From an uncultured delta proteobacterium (GTDB lineage Bacteria > Desulfobacterota > Binatia > UBA9968), in NCBI GenBank assembly GCA_963816145.1, contig CAWFJP010000013.1, forward strand, positions 160,001-224,000: DNA of 64,000 nt, written 5' to 3'. The translations under genes were made by a program, and so were the position numbers. The notes beneath the pieces were generated by a model. It worked only from the letters and a program-made list of their open reading frames with translations, searched no databases and was not told the origin of the DNA. This document shows, piece by piece, positions 57,162-64,000 of the stretch (position 1 is the first letter of the stretch; each line of letters opens with the position of its first letter).

Positions 57162-58087
57162 TGCTGGTCGTTCTCACCGGCGGCACCGGCGGCGCCAAAT
57201 TGATCGAAGGCTTGGCTGCGGAAACCGATCCAGCGAAACTGGCGATCGTCTGCAACACCGGCGATGATGCGATCTTTCACGGCCTCTACGTCTCGCCGGA
57301 TATCGACACGATCACCTACACACTCGCGGGTTTAATCGATGCCGCGAAAGGTTGGGGTATCAAGGACGACACGTTTGCCGTGCTCGAACAGCTGCGCGGT
57401 CTCGGTAACGATGCATGGTTCAGCCTTGGCGACAAAGATTTGGCAACCCACATCACGCGGACCGAGTTGCTCAACAAAGGGCTGAAACTGTCCGAAGTGA
57501 CTGATCGCATGCGTCGCCAGCTCGGGGTTAAGTCGAAAATCCTCCCCATGACTGACGAGCGTGTCGAGACCCGCGTGCAGACGTTCCAGGGAGATATTTC
57601 GTTCCAGGAGTTTTTCGTCAAAGAGCGCTGGGCGCGCGACGTGAGTTCCGTTCGTTTCGTTGGCGCAGGATTGGCGAAGCCGGCGCCTGGTGTGCTGGAG
57701 TCGATTCAAAGTGCCGAGGCGATCATCATTTGCCCGAGCAACCCGATCACCAGCATCGGTCCGATTCTCGCGGTTCCGGGGATTCGCGACGCGCTCCAAC
57801 AATCTGGCGCGCCGGTCGTCGGTGTCAGTCCAATCATTGGCAGCGCGGCGATTTCCGGCCCGGCGCATAAACTGATGGTCGCCAGCGGCTTCGAGGCGTC
57901 CGCCATTGGCGTGGCAAGGTGCTACAAGGGATTTCTCGATACGCTGGTAATTGCTAACGAGGACTGCGCTTCCGGCCAGCTCGTCGAAGCGCTCAAAGTT
58001 GCGCCAGTCTGCGCCGACATACGCATGGAGGGCTTAGCCGACAAGAGGCGTTTGGCGCGCGAAGTCTTGGCCTGGGTCAAAAAATAG
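57161..58087 (+). CDS. cofD: 2-phospho-L-lactate transferase
   Basis: GGTGGAKL, NTGDD..GLYVSPDIDT, LGDKDLATH, FQEFFV, PSNPITSIGPIL. Confidence 0.95.
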   Translation: MLVVLTGGTGGAKLIEGLAAETDPAKLAIVCNTGDDAIFHGLYVSPDIDTITYTLAGLIDAAKGWGIKDDTFAVLEQLRGLGNDAWFSLGDKDLATHITRTELLNKGLKLSEVTDRMRRQLGVKSKILPMTDERVETRVQTFQGDISFQEFFVKERWARDVSSVRFVGAGLAKPAPGVLESIQSAEAIIICPSNPITSIGPILAVPGIRDALQQSGAPVVGVSPIIGSAAISGPAHKLMVASGFEASAIGVARCYKGFLDTLVIANEDCASGQLVEALKVAPVCADIRMEGLADKRRLAREVLAWVKK

Positions 58088-58105
58088 TCTAAGAATTTTC
58101 TTTCC

Positions 58106-58795
58106 ATGAATGTCGCCGCCCTCATGCCCGTGAAAGGTTTTCACAACGCCAAGCAACGCTTGAGTCCGCTGTTGAGCGGCGCGGCGCGGGAAATATTGGC
58201 GGAAACCATGTTCCGCGATGTGTTGCGCCAGGTGCGTTTGGCGCGCGGGCTTGTGGGAACTTTCGTGGTTACCGGCGACGATCAGGTTGCTGCGATCGCT
58301 TCGGCGGCCGGCGCGGAGGTGATCCGCGAGGACGCGGAGAACGGCGAGACCGGCGCCGTCGATTTCGCGCGCCGTGAATTGCAGCAGGAGGACTGCGAGG
58401 CGGTGCTGATTATTCCCGCTGATATGCCGCTCGTGAGAGCTGAAGATGTTGAAGCGGTGCTGGAGCAGGTTCCAGTCGGCGCTCTGGCGCCCTACGCGCT
58501 TTTAGTCCCGTCCCACGACAAGCTCGGCACCAACGCGCTGCTTTTGGCGCCGCCGGATGTGATTCCACTGCGCTTTGGCCATGATAGTTTCACTTTTCAT
58601 TTGAGCCAGGTGAGGGCGCAAGGATTGCCGGCGCGATTTGTCGAGAATGAACGAATAGCCCTAGATATCGATGAGCCCAAGGATCTCGAACGGTTTCTCG
58701 CCTATGGATACCAAGGCGGCGAGTCGACGCGCGTGGCGCAGGAGCTGCTCGCCGCGCGCGTTACGCCAATCGGCGAAAGATCCGGTGGCGCATGA
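58106..58795 (+). CDS. cofC: 2-phospho-L-lactate/PEP guanylyltransferase
   Basis: PVKGFHNAKQRLS, PADMPL, GTNAL, FGHDSF..H, LDIDEPKDL. Confidence 0.93.
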   Translation: MNVAALMPVKGFHNAKQRLSPLLSGAAREILAETMFRDVLRQVRLARGLVGTFVVTGDDQVAAIASAAGAEVIREDAENGETGAVDFARRELQQEDCEAVLIIPADMPLVRAEDVEAVLEQVPVGALAPYALLVPSHDKLGTNALLLAPPDVIPLRFGHDSFTFHLSQVRAQGLPARFVENERIALDIDEPKDLERFLAYGYQGGESTRVAQELLAARVTPIGERSGGA

Positions 58796-59544
58796 AAAGA
58801 GTTGAGCTTATCGGCTTGGAGGGCATCGCCGAAGTTCATGCCGAAGATTCAGTCGGACAGCTGATCTGCGATGCCTGCGGGCGCCAGCAATTCGAACTTG
58901 TCGATGGCGATCTTCTGGTGGTGGCGCAGAAGATTGTTTCCAAAGCTGAAGGTCAGATGGTTGCGCTGGCAACCGTCCAGCCGTCGGCGCGGGCGCAGGA
59001 GCTGGCGCAGGAACTCGGCAAAGAGCCGGAACTGATCGAGGTCATTCTCGGCGAGAGCCGCAGAGTGATTCGCACCGGCGGACGGGCGATGGTCGTCGAA
59101 ACCCATCATGGCTTTGTCTGCGCCAATGCCGGCGTCGACCAGTCTAATGTCGGACTGAAGCAAGTTGCGCTGCTACCGAAAGATGCCGACCGCTCGGCGC
59201 GCGGGATTCGCGCTGAGATTCGGCGCCGGACGGGGAAAAACGTCGGCATCATCGTCAGCGATAGTTTCGGCCGGGCGTGGCGTCTCGGCACCGTGGATGT
59301 GGCGGTTGGGGTTGCCGGAATCAATCCGATCAAAGATGAGCGTGGTCTAAAAGATCGCCATGGTTATGAACTCAAAGCGGCGGTGGCGGCGGTTGCCGAT
59401 GAGTTGGCATCGGCCGCCGAGTTGGTTATGGGTAAGCGTGACGGTGTGCCTGTCGTCATCGTCCGTGGCTATGACATACAAATCAAGGAGGAAGGATCGG
59501 TGCAGGAGCTCTTGCGCCCCGAGGCGGAGGATCTTTTTCGCTAG
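58792..59544 (+). CDS. cofE: coenzyme F420-0:L-glutamate ligase
   Basis: QKIVSKAEG, HGFVCANAGVDQSN, DSFGRAWRLG, ADELASAAELVMGK, EDLFR. Confidence 0.95.
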   Translation: MKRVELIGLEGIAEVHAEDSVGQLICDACGRQQFELVDGDLLVVAQKIVSKAEGQMVALATVQPSARAQELAQELGKEPELIEVILGESRRVIRTGGRAMVVETHHGFVCANAGVDQSNVGLKQVALLPKDADRSARGIRAEIRRRTGKNVGIIVSDSFGRAWRLGTVDVAVGVAGINPIKDERGLKDRHGYELKAAVAAVADELASAAELVMGKRDGVPVVIVRGYDIQIKEEGSVQELLRPEAEDLFR

Positions 59545-59558
59545 GTTATAAGAACATT

Positions 59559-60221
59559 ATGGACAACCTCAGTGTGGCGATCGTCGGTGGCACGGGAAAC
59601 TTGGGCAGCGCCTTGGCGCTGCGTCTGGGCGCGCCGGGTGTCAAAATCATTATCGGCTCGCGCGATGCCGAGAAAGCCAAAAAGGCTGTTGAAATTCTGC
59701 AGCCCAATCTGCGCGCCGGCGAGATGATCGGCACCACCAATCAAGAGGCGGTCAAAGACGCCAACTTCGTGGTGATCGCGGTTCCCTACGAGGGCCAATC
59801 GCAGATGGTGCAAGATCTGAAGGGCCAAGTGGCCGGCAAGATTATCATCGATACCGTGGTGCCGCTGAATAAAGTAAAGCCCTTCGTGCCCGCCGCCGGC
59901 TCGGCGTTGCAAGAAGCGCAACAGATTCTCGGCGCCGAAGCGCCGGTGATCGGTGCGTTGCATAACATTTCCGCCGTCGATCTGGGCGATGTCGATTCTC
60001 CTCTCGGCGACGTGCTCGTCTGCGGTGACAACGCCGAGGCGAAACAGAAGGTGATGGAGATCATCCAGCGCATCGGCGCCACCGCCTACGATGCCGGACC
60101 AGCGAGCAATGCCTACGTCATCGAGGGCTTGACCGGCGTCATCATCGCGCTCAACCGAAAATACAAATCCAAGCATGGCAGCATCAAGATCACCGGCATT
60201 GGCGGGCAACCGGGTCATTGA
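59559..60221 (+). CDS. npdG: NADPH-dependent F420 reductase
   Basis: GGTGNLG, IGSRD, AVPY, VVPL, GSA, HNISA, DVLVCGD, NRKYK. Confidence 0.92.
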   Translation: MDNLSVAIVGGTGNLGSALALRLGAPGVKIIIGSRDAEKAKKAVEILQPNLRAGEMIGTTNQEAVKDANFVVIAVPYEGQSQMVQDLKGQVAGKIIIDTVVPLNKVKPFVPAAGSALQEAQQILGAEAPVIGALHNISAVDLGDVDSPLGDVLVCGDNAEAKQKVMEIIQRIGATAYDAGPASNAYVIEGLTGVIIALNRKYKSKHGSIKITGIGGQPGH

Positions 60222-60567
60222 ACGAGCTTGGGCGGCGCGCTTCGCGAAGTTTCGCGCCGATGCACTTAGTTCGTCGTCAGCGGCGCCGATTTCAACCCCG
60301 CTAGCAATTTTGTCGCTGGGAATGTTGCTTGAACGCTGCCCGCGGCGAGCACGGCAACGATTTTCCGCACCTGACCTTTATGTCGAGGGGCTATATCGGC
60401 TGGCTCTAGCGGGTTCCGATGGTGTATCCTCTGTTATCGCTATCGCGAGTTTGCCTATGGCCGTAGGTTTTACGGTGCGAACGATGGTTCATAATAACTT
60501 GCTGGGTACGGAGATTAATGTGAATTAGTCGCGGCGAAAGTTTGTCGGTCTGTCGATCCTGACGGCG

Positions 60568-60957
60568 GTGTCGGTGATTCCAGGTCGACTCGTCCATGGG
60601 CTGGACCCCAAGCGCCCGGATCGATTTCTGCCCGAGGAGCGGCGCGCCATCGAAGACTACTATCGAAGAATCAACGACAAGAAAAAGCCAAATAAAGGCC
60701 TACCGCCGGGGTTGGCGAAACGAGGCGGCAACCTGCCGCCTGGATTGCAAAAGAAGTTAGAGCGCGACGGTCAGTTGCTGCCGGGGCTGCAAAAGCGTAT
60801 GGAACCGTTGCCGGTCGATTTAGACCGCCGGTTGCCCCGATTGCCGGAAAATTGGCAAAGGGTGGAAGTTGAACGTGATGTTAAACTGCTCGATCGGCGC
60901 ACCAACCAGATCCTCGATGTCATTGAAAACGTGATTGACATAGTCACCGGCCAATAG
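60568..60957 (+). CDS. hypothetical protein with LPPGL(A/Q)K repeats; start uncertain
   Basis: GLPPGLAKRGGNLPPGLQKKL..LLPGLQKR and ILDVI C-terminus. Confidence 0.65.
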   Translation: MSVIPGRLVHGLDPKRPDRFLPEERRAIEDYYRRINDKKKPNKGLPPGLAKRGGNLPPGLQKKLERDGQLLPGLQKRMEPLPVDLDRRLPRLPENWQRVEVERDVKLLDRRTNQILDVIENVIDIVTGQ

Positions 60958-61066
60958 CTCCACTGTCTAACATTTCCTCTGCCGACCACCTCTGGCCGGT
61001 CGAGTTTCGGTCGAATTTTGTAACAATCCGCTAGCTTAAGCCATTGTCGCCGATTGGCCGGGCAGT

Positions 61067-61094
61067 GTTAACCTTTGCCTGGCTGTGGCGTCTA
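61067..61094 (+). promoter_or_regulatory. candidate autoregulatory ECF promoter
   Basis: GTTAAC-N16-CGTCTA about 40 nt upstream of the sigma ATG at 61136. Confidence 0.6.
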
Positions 61095-61135
61095 ACCAGT
61101 TAAACGGCTGGTGCAAGCGCCAGCGTCTCACAGCC

Positions 61136-61711
61136 ATGGAAAGCTCCCAGGATCTCGGCGACGAAGAATTGGTGGCCTTGTGCCAACAGGGGCAGGGGCA
61201 TTATTTCGAGATTTTGGTGCGGCGTTATATGGAAAAGGCTTTTCACATCGCTTACGACTTCACGCGTAATACCGAGACGGCCAAAGATCTCTCCCAGGAC
61301 GCGTTTTTGCGCGCCTATGCCAACATCACGCGTTTCGACGGACGATCGAGCTTTTATACTTGGTTTTATCGGATCGTGGTCAATCTCTGCTTGGATCATG
61401 CACGGCGGAGAGGCCGCGTCTTGTGGGAGTCGCTGGACAAGACGGCCGAGGAACCCGGCAGACAGCGCCAGTTGGTGGATAGCCAGCACCAGCCGGACCA
61501 GGAAGCGATCGCCGGTGAGGCGAGCCGGCGCGCCAATGCGACGTTGGAGTCGATGCCGAATAAGCAGCGCACGGCATTTTTGCTGCGAAACCAGGAAGGG
61601 CTGCCGATCGCCGACATCGCCAAGGTGATGAAAACCACTGAAGGAACCGTGCGGGTTTATCTCCACAGAGCCGTGGCGGCATTGCGCCAAAGCTTGGTGG
61701 AGTTCGTTTAA
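61136..61711 (+). CDS. ECF-type RNA polymerase sigma-70 factor
   Basis: DEELV, DLSQDAFLRAY, FDGRSSFYTWFYRIVVN.CLD, IAKVM...EGTV...LHRA. Confidence 0.94.
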   Translation: MESSQDLGDEELVALCQQGQGHYFEILVRRYMEKAFHIAYDFTRNTETAKDLSQDAFLRAYANITRFDGRSSFYTWFYRIVVNLCLDHARRRGRVLWESLDKTAEEPGRQRQLVDSQHQPDQEAIAGEASRRANATLESMPNKQRTAFLLRNQEGLPIADIAKVMKTTEGTVRVYLHRAVAALRQSLVEFV

Positions 61712-61721
61712 GGAGAAGTTT

Positions 61722-62285
61722 ATGGAAAAGCGGGTTACGTCACTGCAAGGTGCCTGCGAAGGTTACGAAGAGGATCTGGTGCTCTATTATTACGCTGAGA
61801 CTGGCGCGAGCGAGCGTGCGGCGATCGAGCAGCACCTGGCGCAGTGTTTGCGCTGCCGCAAATTCATCGACGATCTTGGCCGAGTGCTGCCGCAGATGGC
61901 ACCCAAACCGGAATTACCGCAGGCGTTTTGGGATAATTATTTCCGTGAAACCGTGGCGAAACTGGATGAGCAGGCGGCGCGACAAAATTGGTGGCGCCGC
62001 TGGTTTACGCCCATGAACGGTTGGCTGGTGCCGGCCTTCGGCACGGTCGCGATTGCTGTGTTTGCGATTGCGTTGATGTTGGAGAAGGGCGATTTTAAAT
62101 CAACGGCTGAAACCGCGCCGGTAAATATACCGGCGGATGTGTTGGTCGACTCGAACCAGCTCGAATTTTTCAAATCGATGGATATTCTCGAATCTCTGAG
62201 CACGCTCGAAGAACAGGATGGCGCTAAGCCGGCGCGGAAAACCAGTCATATCGAGAATGGGCACGCGGGTCAGTCTGTTGCGTAG
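61722..62285 (+). CDS. zf-HC2 membrane-anchored anti-sigma factor
   Basis: HLAQCLRC motif and one TM helix (LVPAFGTVAIAVFAIALML); AAGGAG RBS. Confidence 0.88.
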   Translation: MEKRVTSLQGACEGYEEDLVLYYYAETGASERAAIEQHLAQCLRCRKFIDDLGRVLPQMAPKPELPQAFWDNYFRETVAKLDEQAARQNWWRRWFTPMNGWLVPAFGTVAIAVFAIALMLEKGDFKSTAETAPVNIPADVLVDSNQLEFFKSMDILESLSTLEEQDGAKPARKTSHIENGHAGQSVA

Positions 62286-62308
62286 ATAACTTAGCCGGTA
62301 GGACGAAG

Positions 62309-62572
62309 ATGAAAACGCGTAAATTGCTTTTGGTGGTGATGGGTTTTGTTCTTTTGCTCGAATCGCGCGCGCTCGCCCAGGGCGATGACTGGCGCAAGCT
62401 CGATCCCAAAGAGAAAGACAGGATTCGCCGCAACTACGAGCGCTGGGAAAAGTTGCCGCCGCGGGATAAAGAACACCTGCGCGAAGAATGGGATCGGTGG
62501 AACCGCATGCCGCAGGACCGCCGCGACCAACTCAAGCAACGCTTCCAAGATCACCGCCGCAGTCCGGACTGA
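62309..62572 (+). CDS. DUF3106-like secreted helical protein
   Basis: Signal peptide, then three W..(L/M)(D/P).... repeats (WRKLDPKEK, WEKLPPRDK, WNRMPQDRR). Confidence 0.82.
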   Translation: MKTRKLLLVVMGFVLLLESRALAQGDDWRKLDPKEKDRIRRNYERWEKLPPRDKEHLREEWDRWNRMPQDRRDQLKQRFQDHRRSPD

Positions 62573-62744
62573 TCCATTGAAGTATCCCTGCTTCCTTTTT
62601 GCTAATTTTATCAGGGGCCATGAAAACAATCGCGCCTTTGCGCTTGTTGGCGATGAGAGTCGTTTCGGCGTCGGGTTGCCACTGGCTGCATTACGGCCGC
62701 TATTATTCTAGAAATTACGACTCACGATAGCCTAAATCATCGAG

Positions 62745-62772
62745 CGGCTCCGGTTTTACAAAACCGGAGCCG
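62745..62772. terminator. hairpin between convergent genes
   Basis: CGGCTCCGGTTTT AC AAAACCGGAGCCG perfect inverted repeat. Confidence 0.55.
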
Positions 62773-62792
62773 TGCCTATTCCATGCATCGAA

Positions 62793-63914
62793 TCACATCG
62801 CGTAATACGCTGCGCAGTTGTCCCAAAGAATTTTCCGCTTTTGCTCGTCGGTGATCGGCAGTTTCAAGAAATGATTCACCGCCTCGGGATATTTCGAATC
62901 GCCGTGCGGATAATCGGTGGAAAAAACCAGATGGCCGCTGCCGAATTGCTCAACGATGTTGGTCGCCGTGATCTCGTCGGGCTCGATAGAAACAACGCAC
63001 TGGCGATTGAAATATTCGCTTGGCTTTTGCTTAAGATCGGGCGCCCAAACATCGCCTTCGAGTTCCCAGGTTTCGTCCAAGCGCCAGAGTAGCCAAGGCA
63101 GCCAGCTGCAATTGGCCTCAAGGAACGCCACGCGTAGTTTCGGATGGCGCGCCAATATTCCGCCGGCGCAAAAACCGCCCAACGCCATCATCTGCTCGAA
63201 AGGCTGGGCGTAAACGCGGCGCAGCATAAGATTGGGTTCCAGGCGGCGGCCGACCTGTCTAGCTCCGGTGCCGGTGGATTCATGCAGTCCGACAGAGAGA
63301 TTCAGATCTTCCAACGCGCTCCACAGCGGCTCGTAATAATCGTCTTGCCATTGATGGTCGACAAGCGGGACGGCGCGGAGAAACACCGCGCGAAAACCCA
63401 GCTCCTCAGCGCACCGGCGCGCTTCTTTCACCGCGTCGTTCATGTCATAGGTCGAAAGCATCGCGGCGCCGATGAGACGCTTAGGGTCTTGCTTGCAGAA
63501 ATCGTAAAGCCAATCGTTATAGGCTCGCGCCATCGCCGCGGCGAACGGCGCGTCCATATCCTCGATGACCAGCGCGCGAAGCCCACGGGTCGGATAGAGC
63601 ACTGCGATATCTAGACCCTCGATGTCCATCGCTTCGATCTGTACTTCCGACGTCCAACCGCGCTCGGCGTCCTGCCGGTAGATGCCCTGATTTTTCTCGA
63701 AGTTGCGGCCACTGGCGACATCGCTTTCGCGCGGCGATTGGCGCGCCCAATCGCGGCCGTCGGGATAAACCATGCGCAGGTCGCGGACGTTACGGCTGAC
63801 GACGCCGCGGGGCGCGCGATCCCTGAACTTCTTATCGATATAGCGCTCCCATAAATCAGGCGGTTCCATGATATGCATGTCGCTGTCGATAATTTTGAAG
63901 CCGTTCTTGGCCAT
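62793..63914 (-). CDS. amidohydrolase family protein (Amidohydro_2)
   Basis: IIDSDMHIMEPPDLW, AVLYPT, RAYNDW, FLEANCSWLPW, STDYPHGD, KILWDN; GGAGG RBS. Confidence 0.93.
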   Translation of the reverse strand: MAKNGFKIIDSDMHIMEPPDLWERYIDKKFRDRAPRGVVSRNVRDLRMVYPDGRDWARQSPRESDVASGRNFEKNQGIYRQDAERGWTSEVQIEAMDIEGLDIAVLYPTRGLRALVIEDMDAPFAAAMARAYNDWLYDFCKQDPKRLIGAAMLSTYDMNDAVKEARRCAEELGFRAVFLRAVPLVDHQWQDDYYEPLWSALEDLNLSVGLHESTGTGARQVGRRLEPNLMLRRVYAQPFEQMMALGGFCAGGILARHPKLRVAFLEANCSWLPWLLWRLDETWELEGDVWAPDLKQKPSEYFNRQCVVSIEPDEITATNIVEQFGSGHLVFSTDYPHGDSKYPEAVNHFLKLPITDEQKRKILWDNCAAYYAM

Positions 63915-64000
63915 GGTTCAATCCTCCGCAAGGTTGCGCGTGTTTTGTCAACTCTCTATAAACAAAACAGAAATCACATTTTATGGGGAGGATCAATCAT

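Overview
GC-rich bacterial window with no rRNA, tRNA, CRISPR array or transposase that I can see. The many amidohydrolases, NitT/TauT-type binding proteins and F420 genes resemble Candidatus Binatia-like (Deltaproteobacteria-related) genomes; this assignment is inference. Core genes are a sugar ABC transporter, hemE-hemH-hemY(G), dinB, two DHA2 MFS pumps, clpB, hisC, a CNNM/CorC protein, recD2, cofG-cofD-cofC-cofE-npdG and an ECF/anti-sigma/DUF3106 triad. Two accessory systems stand out. (1) 26.8-49.1 kb holds an ECF sigma factor, two matching candidate ECF promoters in front of secreted proteins and a ~3,270-aa surface protein, a soluble zinc-finger anti-sigma, a CHAT-TM-DUF4384 membrane protease and two exported TPR-CHAT proteases. 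All three proteases share an RGVGGV peptide, suggesting a trans-envelope caspase-like proteolytic cascade. (2) 14.4-20.5 kb holds a 1,441-aa coiled-coil protein with exact 89-aa repeats followed by two single-domain KaiC-like ATPases, behind a candidate sigma-54 promoter. An unannotated 53-aa basic ORF is coupled to clpB. Several single-base frameshifts suggest long-read consensus errors.
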